From Nitrososphaerota archaeon (GTDB lineage Archaea; Thermoproteota; Nitrososphaeria_A; Caldarchaeales; Calditenuaceae): a stretch of DNA of 24,000 bases. Where the stretch lies: positions 111,537 to 135,536 of the forward strand of contig JAVQSZ010000005.1 in NCBI GenBank assembly GCA_033581555.1, read 5' to 3'. Shown here piece by piece: positions 16,538 to 24,000 of the stretch; position 1 is the stretch's first letter, and each line of letters begins with the position of its first letter. Position numbers and translations under genes: made by a program. The notes beneath the pieces were generated by a model, which was not told where the DNA came from, did no database searches, and saw only the letters and a program-made list of their open reading frames with translations.

Positions 16538-18292
16538 ATGGTGTTCGAGACGCCCTTCGGTATAACGATGGTCGGCATCGTGATATTCCTGTTGACGTTC
16601 TTCACGTACAGCAGATGGGTCGACAGGAGGGTCTGGAGCCCCGATCCGAAGAGGCCGACACCGGCGCACATGTACATGGACGGCGTCGAGTTCTTCCCGG
16701 TCTCGAGGTTCGTGCTCTACGGGTTCCAGTGGAACTCCATCGCAGCGTTGGGACCGATCCTCGGACCCGGAATAGCTCTGACCTTCGGGTGGCTGCCCGC
16801 GTTCCTCTGGATCGTATTAGCTGCCCTGCTGATCGGGTGGGTCCAGGACTACAGCTCGATGTTCCTCTCGGTTAGGAAGGAGGGGAGGTCCTTCGGTCCG
16901 ATCGCGTACGAGCTGCTGGGCCCGACGCCTAGGAGGCTGCTGCTCGGGTTCCTGCTCTTTTACTTGCTTTTGATCAACGCGGCGTTCCTCTTCGTCGTGG
17001 CGACCGTCGTGGACGCGTTCGCGGGCGCGTTCTGGTCACTGTTAGTCCTCGTGATAGCCGCGGTCATTACCGGCCACCTTCTCTTCAAGGTGAAGATGCC
17101 CGTGGTGCAGGTCACACTGATCGCGGTCGTGTTGCTCGCGATCGGAGTCGTCATCGGAGCCATCTTCAACTGGCCTCCGCCGGGGACGCTGGGCACAGCT
17201 CCCTACACGCTCTGGTACGTTCCGCTGATCGCGCTCCTGGTGGCCGGCGCGATCCTCCCCATGCCCCGGCTGATCACGCCCATGAACTACATCGCCTACT
17301 ACACGCTCTTCCCGGCGGTCATCATGCTCGCGGTTGGGGCCCTCGCTTCGATCGTGACTGGCGTGAAGGTCAACACCCCAGCGTTCACGTCGTTCTTCGG
17401 TCCTTTCGCGACCGGACCGCTGTGGCCGGCGTTGTTCGTGAGCATAGCTTGCGGCGCCATCTCAGGTTGGCACAGTCTGGTGAGCACCGGCCTGACCAGC
17501 AAGCAGATCGACGTCGAGACTGACGTGAGGCCCGTGGGCGCCGGAGCCATGCTGAGCGAGAACCTCGTGGGTCTAACCTCGCTCGCCGCTTGGATCGTGT
17601 TGCCTGCGGGGACCGCGGTAGCGCCCGCGAACTTCCCGAGGGGCGCAGTGACGCTGACCAGCCCGGTCTTCGGAGGAGCCGCTATGGCGCCTTACCTGGC
17701 GATATTCTTCGCTAGCTACATGGTCGGGATGGCCGTCACGATCCTGACTATCCTCGGGAGGTTCTGGAGGGTGACGATGGCCGAGATCTTCTCGGGGACG
17801 TCGCTCAACTTCCTCGGAAACAAGTACGTCGCGACCGTGCTGGGGTTCGTGCTGCCGGTGGCGTTCGTACTGACCGGTTCGTGGATCAACATCTGGCTAT
17901 ACTTCGGGGGCACCAACCAGCTGCTGGCAGGGTTCGCGCTGCTGATCGTAGGGCTCTACCTGTTCTCCCTCAGGAAGTTCCACTGGTACAGCACCATCCC
18001 GGGCCTCTTCATGATGGTGACGACGCTGGCCGCGATCGCCTGGCAGACCAACGTGTTCGCCACTGCGACCATCAACCCGGTCATCAGGAGGCCCGACGGC
18101 ACCATCGCCCCGTTCTTCCCGCAGCAGGCTCCGCTGCTCAACCTAGGAGGTCCGGGAGCGCTGACGGCGATCAACGCCTTCTCGACCGTGATGGGTATGA
18201 TCATGTTCGTGATCGGGCTGATGATGGCGATCTTCTTCATCAGAGCCTTCCTGAGGTACGCGAGGCAGCCGACTCAGCCCACCGCGACCTAA
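16538..18292 (+). CDS. cstA: CstA-family carbon starvation/peptide transporter
   Basis: Polytopic membrane protein containing DGVEFFPVSRFVLYGFQWNSIAALGPILGPGIALTFGWLPAFLWIVLAALLIGWVQDYSSMFLSVRKEGRS, typical of CstA. Track ORF starts at 16511; ATG at 16538 preferred given GATATAT at 16506-16512. Confidence 0.88.
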   Translation: MVFETPFGITMVGIVIFLLTFFTYSRWVDRRVWSPDPKRPTPAHMYMDGVEFFPVSRFVLYGFQWNSIAALGPILGPGIALTFGWLPAFLWIVLAALLIGWVQDYSSMFLSVRKEGRSFGPIAYELLGPTPRRLLLGFLLFYLLLINAAFLFVVATVVDAFAGAFWSLLVLVIAAVITGHLLFKVKMPVVQVTLIAVVLLAIGVVIGAIFNWPPPGTLGTAPYTLWYVPLIALLVAGAILPMPRLITPMNYIAYYTLFPAVIMLAVGALASIVTGVKVNTPAFTSFFGPFATGPLWPALFVSIACGAISGWHSLVSTGLTSKQIDVETDVRPVGAGAMLSENLVGLTSLAAWIVLPAGTAVAPANFPRGAVTLTSPVFGGAAMAPYLAIFFASYMVGMAVTILTILGRFWRVTMAEIFSGTSLNFLGNKYVATVLGFVLPVAFVLTGSWINIWLYFGGTNQLLAGFALLIVGLYLFSLRKFHWYSTIPGLFMMVTTLAAIAWQTNVFATATINPVIRRPDGTIAPFFPQQAPLLNLGGPGALTAINAFSTVMGMIMFVIGLMMAIFFIRAFLRYARQPTQPTAT

Positions 18293-18307
18293 GTCTTTTC
18301 AGTCAAC

Positions 18308-18318
18308 GTTTTTTAAAT
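18308..18318 (+). promoter_or_regulatory. Probable TATA box for the ArsA-pair cluster
   Basis: GTTTTTTAAAT located about 24-34 nt upstream of ATG 18342. Confidence 0.6.
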
Positions 18319-18341
18319 GGTCCACGTGAACATTCACTGGC

Positions 18342-18614
18342 ATGGGTAAGGGCGGTTTTCTTTCGTCGATGAAGAAGGCGCTGTCTGAGGTCACATACGG
18401 AGCCGCGCTGCACGGTCAGGTCTCCGCGGTCCTCAAGACGAGGATGTACATCGAGCACATGTTCATACTGATGATACTGGGCGACATGCTAGGGTTCCCG
18501 ATACTCCCGCCCTACTACTCGCTGAGGCTGCTGCCGTACGCAGTCCCCAACGTCAAGGCTTGGAAGCACAGGTTCTACAGGGAGAGGGACTTCACCGACG
18601 TGATCTACGGGTGA
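18342..18614 (+). CDS. Small uncharacterised protein (90 aa) with a central hydrophobic segment
   Basis: MGKGGFLSSMKKALSEVTYGAALHGQVSAVLKTRMYIEHMFILMILGDMLGFPILPPYYSLRLLPYAVPNVKAWKHRFYRERDFTDVIYG; TATA-like box upstream and stop codon overlapping the next start. Confidence 0.8.
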   Translation: MGKGGFLSSMKKALSEVTYGAALHGQVSAVLKTRMYIEHMFILMILGDMLGFPILPPYYSLRLLPYAVPNVKAWKHRFYRERDFTDVIYG

Positions 18615-19612
18615 TTCGGGTGGCCTGGGGCTTAAGGGACGTAGTCCTGAGGGACGGAGGCCCCCGGATGGTCATCTTCGCGGGAAAGGGAGGCCTCGGG
18701 AAGACGACGAGCAGCGCAGCCCTTGCGTACGCCGCGGCCCTCTCCGGCAAGAGGGTGCTCTGCTTCAGTACCGACCCGCAGGCCAGCCTCAGCGACATCT
18801 TCGAGCGGGACATCTTCGGGAAGGGCGAGGTCGAGGTGGCCAGGAACCTCTACGTCGTCGAGATAGACGCAGACGCGAAGATCAGCGCCTACATAGCAGA
18901 GGTGAAGCAGAGGATCAGGGACATGTACAAACTCGAGGAGATCCCGGCCGAGATCGAGGCCTACATCGACAGCTCGGTCGCGGAGCCCGCGATGTACGAG
19001 TCAGCGACTTACGACGCGATGGCCGACTACCTCGCGAGGGGCGACTACGACCTGTACGTCTTCGACATGCCGCCCTTCGGTCACGGGATCAGGATGCTCA
19101 CGATGGCCGACGTCCTGACCAGCTGGGTCGAGAAGCTCACGGAGGTCCGTGAGAAGGCCAGGGAGTACGACGAGATCGCGAGCAGGCTGAAGGGCGAGAG
19201 GCTGATCAAGGAGGACGAGATCCTGAACGAGCTGAAGGCCATCAAGGACAAGCTGACGACCTTCACCGACTTCATGAGGGACAAGACAAAGTCAGCCTTC
19301 TTCATGGTCATGACCCCCGAGATGATGTCCGTCCACGACACCGAGAGGGCCCTTCAGGCCTTCAGGTCGATCGGCCTCACCCTCTCCGGGATAGTCCTGA
19401 ACAAGGTCCTCCCGAAGGAGCTCGGGTCGAACCCGTCGCCGTACATCTCCTACAGGTACAAGCAGCAGGAGGCGGTCCTGAAGGTGATAGAGGAGAAGTT
19501 CGGGGACCTCGTCGTCGCCGCGATCCCGATGTTCCCGAGGGAGCCGAAGGGCCTCGAGGGGCTGAAGGAGGTCGCCAAGCACCTCGTCGACGGGGTGACG
19601 AGGGTGTGGTGA
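18611..19612 (+). CDS. ArsA/Get3-family ATPase, copy 1
   Basis: GKGGLGKTTSSAALAYAAALSGKRVLCFSTDPQASLSDIF, VFDMPPFGHGIRML, GIVLNKVLP. GTG start at 18611 overlaps the previous TGA (the track ORF start at 18560 is likely too early). Confidence 0.9.
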   Translation: MIRVAWGLRDVVLRDGGPRMVIFAGKGGLGKTTSSAALAYAAALSGKRVLCFSTDPQASLSDIFERDIFGKGEVEVARNLYVVEIDADAKISAYIAEVKQRIRDMYKLEEIPAEIEAYIDSSVAEPAMYESATYDAMADYLARGDYDLYVFDMPPFGHGIRMLTMADVLTSWVEKLTEVREKAREYDEIASRLKGERLIKEDEILNELKAIKDKLTTFTDFMRDKTKSAFFMVMTPEMMSVHDTERALQAFRSIGLTLSGIVLNKVLPKELGSNPSPYISYRYKQQEAVLKVIEEKFGDLVVAAIPMFPREPKGLEGLKEVAKHLVDGVTRVW

Positions 19613-20607
19613 GGGACGGCGGCCCCATAACCGGGGAGCACAGGTTCGTCTTCGTCGGAGGAAAGGGGGGCGTCGGGAAGACGGTACTCGCGGCCGCGTT
19701 GGCCTACGACGCGACGCTCCACGGCAAGAGGGTGCTACTGGCGAGCCTCAACCCAGTCCACTCACTCACGAGCCTCTTCGGTCAGGACCTAGCGGGCGGG
19801 AAGCTCACGAGGATCGAGGGCGCTGAAGGCCTTGACGCGATCGAGGTCGAGATAGATGACCTAGTCCGGGACTATAAGGCCAAGATGACCGGGAGGCTGA
19901 GGGAGTTCTTCAGGTGGGCGGAGGTCCCCATCAACCCCGATCCTTTCATAGAGGTCGCGACGACGAACCCAGCCTTCCACGAGTCCGCGATGTTCGACCG
20001 CGTGATGGACCTCATCCTCGAGGCGGGAGGGAAGTACGACCTGGTGGTCTTCGACACTGCTGCGGTCGCTAACGCGGTGAGGTTGATCGGGCTCAGTAAG
20101 CTCTACGGCCTCTGGCTCGCGAGGATGATCCAGTCGAGGAGGGAGGCGCAGCAGTTCAGGCTCAGCCTCTCCTTCAGGAAGGAGAAGGTGATGGAGGAGA
20201 TCAAGAGGGACCCGGTGATCGCGGACCTCATCGCCCTCCACGAGAAGTTCACGAAGACCAGGGAGGTGATAACTGACCCGAAGCTCACGGGCTTCTACTT
20301 CGTAACGACTCCTGAAAGTCTGCCGATCTCCGTCGTGGTGAGGTTCATCAAGATGGTTGAGGCCTTCAACATCCCGGTAGGCGGTGTCTTCGTGAACAAC
20401 GTGATCGACGCCTCCGAGGCGTCCTCCGACCCCTCCGGGTACCTGTCAGCTAAAGTGGAGGAGCAGCGCAGGTACCTGAAGATGATCGCGGAGCAGATGG
20501 GCGACAAGGTGAAGGGCTACGTGAGGTCGTTCCCGAGCGAGGTGAGGGGCATCGAGGCCTTGAGGGCTGTCGTCGAGGACCTGAGGGGCTACAGGCCGAG
20601 CTTCTGA
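19606..20607 (+). CDS. ArsA/Get3-family ATPase, copy 2, with divergent switch motifs
   Basis: GKGGVGKTVLAAALAYDATLHGKRVLLASLNPVHSLTSLFGQDL, VVFDTAAVANAVRLI, GVFVNNVID. Starts within the end of copy 1. Confidence 0.9.
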   Translation: MVRDGGPITGEHRFVFVGGKGGVGKTVLAAALAYDATLHGKRVLLASLNPVHSLTSLFGQDLAGGKLTRIEGAEGLDAIEVEIDDLVRDYKAKMTGRLREFFRWAEVPINPDPFIEVATTNPAFHESAMFDRVMDLILEAGGKYDLVVFDTAAVANAVRLIGLSKLYGLWLARMIQSRREAQQFRLSLSFRKEKVMEEIKRDPVIADLIALHEKFTKTREVITDPKLTGFYFVTTPESLPISVVVRFIKMVEAFNIPVGGVFVNNVIDASEASSDPSGYLSAKVEEQRRYLKMIAEQMGDKVKGYVRSFPSEVRGIEALRAVVEDLRGYRPSF

Positions 20608-20623
20608 CCCCGGTCCGAGGGGT

Positions 20624-21094
20624 TTGAGGAGGAACAGGTTCGACCTCTTCACCGGCAACATCGTCATCGGGACTTACAGGTTCCTCACGCTGGTCCTGCC
20701 GGAGGGCTGGGCGGTCCAGAGGAGCAGGGCGCCCTCGGACATCTACTACACCGGCGTCGTGCAGGGGAAGGGCTGGGTGACGGAGGGCTACGCGCACTAC
20801 TACCTCACGAACCTCGTGACCGGCGAGCGGTACGACCTCCTCATCGAGGTCAAGAAGGGCGCGAAGGGCGTGGACCTGACCGAGCAGTCGGAGCTCACGA
20901 CGTTCTCCGGCCACTCCGCCTCCGTCAGCAAGAGGGTCTACTCCGTCGGCCTCTTCAGGAAGAGGGAGGTCAGGGAGGTTACCATCAAAACCGCCTGCCA
21001 GCTGACCTCGAGGACGATCGCGATCCAGATCAGCTCCCAGGAGGACCTGCCAAGTGAGGTCCTGGAGGCCCTCTCGGAGTCGGAGTGCCACTAG
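20624..21094 (+). CDS. Uncharacterised 156-aa protein in the ArsA-pair cluster
   Basis: ORF immediately downstream (16-nt gap) with genome-typical codon usage (AGG Arg, GTC/CTC rich): LFTGNIVIGTYRFLTLVLPEGWAVQRSRAPSDIYYTGVVQGKGWVTEGYAHYYLTNLVTGERYDLLIEVKKG... TTG start. Confidence 0.7.
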   Translation: MRRNRFDLFTGNIVIGTYRFLTLVLPEGWAVQRSRAPSDIYYTGVVQGKGWVTEGYAHYYLTNLVTGERYDLLIEVKKGAKGVDLTEQSELTTFSGHSASVSKRVYSVGLFRKREVREVTIKTACQLTSRTIAIQISSQEDLPSEVLEALSESECH

Positions 21095-21146
21095 TCCCCT
21101 GAGTTCCGGAGGAACGGCTAAAACCGGCTGTACCTTCAGAACGGGC

Positions 21147-21770
21147 GTGGATGTCGACCCGCTGTACGTCGTCGCGGCCATCGCGGTCATCCTGATCGCC
21201 CTCTCGATCGCCGGGAACGTGGCAGGTAGGAGGAGGGTCGACGCGGCGGTAATAGCGGTGGTGGACGCGGTGAGGTCGCTGGGCGGCGAGCTGAAGCTCG
21301 TCGGGAGGACCTCCTCCGCGGCGCTCCTTAAGGGATCCGGGCTCAGGCCGATGAAGGAGTTCTCGGTCATGATAGGCCTCGTCCCCAGGGGGAGCCCCCT
21401 CGCCCTCCTGGTCGCGAAGCTCGCCGGCAGGAAGGACCTTGTGATGATAAGGGGCGCCTTGGAGAGCGAGCCTCCGATGAACATCGCGGTCTTCGCGAAG
21501 GGTGCGGGCGTCGAGAGGCACGCGAAGAGGTGGGGGAAGGAGGTCAAGGACCTGGGAGGGCTGGTCGTCGCCTACGACGGCGCGGACCTTCAGCTCGACC
21601 TCTCGAAGCTGGAGCCGCTCCGGAGCACCGGCGCCATCATGCTGGCCCTCCGCGACCACCTCCCTCACGTCTACGCTTACATCAGCCTAGAGTCCGACAT
21701 CAGGTCCTCTCTCTCCGCGGTCCTGACCGGGCTCAACGAGCTCCAGAGGGCGGCGCGGCGGGGTACTTAG
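21147..21770 (+). CDS. Uncharacterised protein with a single N-terminal transmembrane helix
   Basis: From GTG 21147: VDVDPLYVVAAIAVILIALSIAGNVAGRRRVDAAVIAVVDAVRSLGGELKLVGRTSSAALLKGSGLRPMKEFSVMIGLVPRG...; sequence before 21147 in this frame is low-quality overlap with the previous gene. Confidence 0.7.
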   Translation: MDVDPLYVVAAIAVILIALSIAGNVAGRRRVDAAVIAVVDAVRSLGGELKLVGRTSSAALLKGSGLRPMKEFSVMIGLVPRGSPLALLVAKLAGRKDLVMIRGALESEPPMNIAVFAKGAGVERHAKRWGKEVKDLGGLVVAYDGADLQLDLSKLEPLRSTGAIMLALRDHLPHVYAYISLESDIRSSLSAVLTGLNELQRAARRGT

Positions 21771-21821
21771 CGGCCCGTTCCAAAAGCCTTATCACCGATC
21801 CGGTGCGTGAGACGGCAGATG

Positions 21822-22241
21822 GCAGGCTCGATCCAGCTGAGGGTCGTCTTGCTCGACGTCTACCCGACGCAGCTGGGCCACTGCCCGCACTACAATCTGG
21901 TCTCGTCGCAGATGATGGCGGCGGGCTCCGAGTTCTGCGAGCTCTCCTCCCAGGCCCTCGAGTACCCGCAAGAGGTCATCGAGAGTCACAGGAGGGCACT
22001 CGCGGTCTTGAACGTCCTGAGGAGGGCCCTGGACGGAAAGGAGGTCAACGTCGAGGTCGAGATGGTCGACGCGCTCTCCCCCAAGGGCTTCCTGCTCTCC
22101 CTCAGGTACGGCGTGAGGGGGAATTTCGCGGTCGTCGTCAACGGGAAGAAGGTCTACGACGGCGAACCCAGCGTGGAGGCCGTCGAGCGTGCGCTTGAGG
22201 ACTACGTCTCGGAAGCGTTGAACCTCAGGCGTGTGAGTTGA
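21822..22241 (+). CDS. Uncharacterised protein, possibly thioredoxin-like fold
   Basis: MAGSIQLRVVLLDVYPTQLGHCPHYNLVSSQMM...GNFAVVVNGKKVYDGEPSVEAVERALEDYV; the C-terminal xVVVNGKKVYDGxPS pattern resembles the end of thioredoxin/glutaredoxin folds. Confidence 0.65.
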   Translation, partial: AGSIQLRVVLLDVYPTQLGHCPHYNLVSSQMMAAGSEFCELSSQALEYPQEVIESHRRALAVLNVLRRALDGKEVNVEVEMVDALSPKGFLLSLRYGVRGNFAVVVNGKKVYDGEPSVEAVERALEDYVSEALNLRRVS

Positions 22242-22599
22242 CGATAGAGGCGAAGAGAATCCGCGAACCCTCTTCACCAGGGGACGGCTTCAGGGTTCTC
22301 GTCGACAAACTGTGGCCGCGATGCCTCCCGAAGGACACCGCGAAAGTTAACGCCTAGTCGAAGGAGCTGGCGCCGTCGGATGAGTTGAGGGGGTGGTTCG
22401 GTCGCGATCAGTCGAAGTGGTGGAGTTCGAGCACGAGTACTTCACTGGACTGAAGGGCAAAGAGGACCTGTTGGAATGCATCCGTGAGATGGAGAGGAGA
22501 CACGGAGTCGTAATCCTGCCCTTCGCGGCGAGAGGTGTGCATCGCGACGCCGCGGTCGCGCTGCTTGAGTACCCAAGCCGCGGAAGATCTCACCCGTAA
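22238..22599 (+). pseudogene. Decayed DUF488-family protein gene
   Basis: LTIEAKRIREPSSPGDGFRVLVDKLWPRCLPKDTAKVNA*SKELAPSDELRGWFGRDQSKW / frameshift / EFEHEYFTGLKGKEDLLECIREMERRHGVVILPFAARGVHRDAAVALLEYPSR. In-frame TAG at 22355-22357 plus one frameshift near 22400. Confidence 0.85.
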
Positions 22600-23603
22600 G
22601 TCCTCACGACCTTCAGCCAGTCCCTCATCCTTATCTTCATCCCGTACCGCTTCTCCCTCAGCTTCATGTGTATGAAGATCGAGATCAGCAGCCAGACGTC
22701 CGGTATCGTCCGGTACTCCCTCCTGAACTTCTTCCTGATGAACTGGAACGCGCGGTAATAGGGCATGAAGAACGACCTCAGGGCCTCCTCGTATTCCCCG
22801 AGCCTCGAATCCGAGAGCAGCTCGGTCAGTATCTCCGCGTTCTGCATCCCGGGGATGATGCCCTCCCCCAAGACGGGGTAGACCGCTCCGACGCTCTCAC
22901 CCACCCCGACGACCTTGTCGTCCCTCACTGGCATGGCCAGGTGCGGAGGCGTGATCCTCACCGGCCTCCCTACCGTCGCGAGGACCTCGCCCTCGTGCCT
23001 CGAGACGAACTCGTTCAGGACCTGGACGTGCCGCTTGTAGTAATCTCCGGCCCCGACGTGGGCCAGTCCGTCACCGAGAGGGAAGTACCACAGATACCCG
23101 GAGAGGGGCTTGAGGGGTCTGACGTAGAAGTCGTCGAGGGGCGGGTCCCTGTACTTCACGAGGTACTCGAGGCTCGGGATGAAGTAGTCCCTCTCGGGCC
23201 TCGGGAGGAGGGTCCTGTGGAACCCGGTCGCGTCCACGACCAGGTCGCCGTCGGGCCGGTCCGTCCTCCTCACCTCGGCGCCGTACAGCACCCTGATCCG
23301 TTTGTGCAGGTCCAGTATCAGCCTCCTCTTGTCGAAGGTGCAGAGGCCCTTGAGGGGGACCTCGACCACCCCGTGGCCCAAGTCTACGGCCATTCTCTTC
23401 CCCACGTGGAGCACGTACTCGTCGAACTCCAGGTCCACGGCCTCGAGGAGCCTACGCATCTCGTGGTAGCTGGTCCCCCAAGCGCAGACCGCCTTGAAGC
23501 TCTCCGGTTTCTGCCTCTCGAGGACGATGACCTCGTGCTCGTCCGAGAGCAGGTTCGCGAGGTAGCTCCCTACTATCCCGCCCCCCGCTATCGTGACCCT
23601 CAT
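22590..23603 (-). CDS. Geranylgeranyl reductase-like FAD-dependent oxidoreductase
   Basis: N-terminal dinucleotide-binding motif MRVTIAGGGIVGSYLANLLSDEHEVIVLERQ; LVVDATGFHRTLLP; GYLWYFPLGDGLAHVGAG; VGVGESVGAVYPVLGEGIIPGMQNAE (GG-reductase family pattern). TATA-like box 24-31 nt upstream. Confidence 0.87.
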   Translation of the reverse strand: MRVTIAGGGIVGSYLANLLSDEHEVIVLERQKPESFKAVCAWGTSYHEMRRLLEAVDLEFDEYVLHVGKRMAVDLGHGVVEVPLKGLCTFDKRRLILDLHKRIRVLYGAEVRRTDRPDGDLVVDATGFHRTLLPRPERDYFIPSLEYLVKYRDPPLDDFYVRPLKPLSGYLWYFPLGDGLAHVGAGDYYKRHVQVLNEFVSRHEGEVLATVGRPVRITPPHLAMPVRDDKVVGVGESVGAVYPVLGEGIIPGMQNAEILTELLSDSRLGEYEEALRSFFMPYYRAFQFIRKKFRREYRTIPDVWLLISIFIHMKLREKRYGMKIRMRDWLKVVRTYG

Positions 23604-23694
23604 CCGCCTCAGTTTGAGCTACGGCGATTATTAGGAGTGATACCTCGACAAGGGATCCGGGACGTGAAGCTGGGCTCGCCCACCCTCTCGTAGT

Positions 23695-24000
23695 TCAGCG
23701 GCCGTCCATCATCTTCGTGACCAGCCTCGAGACCTCGCGGAAGTCGTTCGCCACGAAGTGGGGCCTCGCGGTCTCTATGTCCTCGGGCCTCGCTAATCCT
23801 CCCAGCACCAGGATGACCGGGATGCCTATCGACCGGGCCGCGAGCACGTCGACCACCGAGTCCCCGACGTATAGGGAGCCGTTGATGGTCGAGCCGCAGA
23901 GCCTTATCGCCCTCAGGAGCATGTGGGGGTCTGGCTTCATCGACATCACGTCGTCCCTCGAGACCACGCACCTCACGTACTTCAGGACCCCGGCCATCTC
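23695..24000 (-). CDS. HAD-family hydrolase (phosphoglycolate phosphatase-like), partial; continues past window end
   Basis: MKPDPHMLLRAIRLCG...SLYVGDSVVDVLAARSIGIPVILVLGG: HAD motifs III/IV; frame remains open at 24000. Confidence 0.83.
   Translation of the reverse strand, partial: EMAGVLKYVRCVVSRDDVMSMKPDPHMLLRAIRLCGSTINGSLYVGDSVVDVLAARSIGIPVILVLGGLARPEDIETARPHFVANDFREVSRLVTKMMDGR

Noticed and set aside
18611-20607. Arsenical pump operon
   Set aside because: The ATPases belong to the ArsA superfamily, but no arsB/acr3/arsR/arsC or Cys metal-binding signature is visible, and Get3-like targeting functions are equally or more plausible.
20450-21668. 365-aa and 212-aa minus-strand ORFs opposite the ArsA-pair cluster
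   Set aside because: No recognisable protein pattern, compositionally artefactual, and they cross several better-supported plus-strand gene boundaries.
22355-22357. In-frame TAG as a pyrrolysine codon
   Set aside because: TAG is the normal stop for several nearby genes (ABCE1, argS, the synthase gene); the DUF488 family has no expected Pyl, and the gene also has a frameshift, so decay is simpler.
1-24000. CRISPR arrays, transposases, integrases, toxin-antitoxin or restriction systems
   Set aside because: I found no regularly spaced repeats and no recognisable proteins of these classes in any frame.

Overview
High-GC archaeal (probably TACK/Thermoproteota-like) chromosomal window with mostly housekeeping content. 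Genes in order: partial membrane protein resembling a heterodisulfide-reductase-associated/NarI-like cytochrome b domain (-), NUDIX hydrolase (+), Mrp/NBP35-type ATPase with an N-terminal MIP18/DUF59 domain (+), MoaE-like protein (+), an unexplained ~320-nt non-coding block, predicted nucleotidyltransferase (-), citramalate/isopropylmalate synthase-family enzyme with no canonical start codon (-), P2-type cation ATPase (+), SBDS ribosome maturation protein (-), class I methyltransferase (-), ABCE1/Rli1 (+), MscS-like channel (-), tRNA-Leu(CAA) with two apparent introns (-), ArgRS (+), tRNA-Ala(CGC) with an apparent 22-nt intron at 43/44 (+), tRNA-Arg(GCG) (-), CstA-family transporter (+), a six-member cluster (90-aa small protein, two dissimilar ArsA/Get3-like ATPases, two unknown proteins, a possible thioredoxin-fold protein), a decayed DUF488 gene, a geranylgeranyl-reductase-like flavoprotein (-) and a partial HAD phosphatase (-). 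I see no CRISPR array, intact mobile element or recognisable defence system. The best candidate for an undescribed system is the ArsA-pair cluster at 18342-22241: the first ATPase keeps most Get3-type motifs, while the second keeps its P-loop but has altered switch I and switch II. Many first genes have an AT-rich box about 24-33 nt upstream of a start codon, consistent with leaderless transcription. All calls come from reading the sequence; no database search was run.
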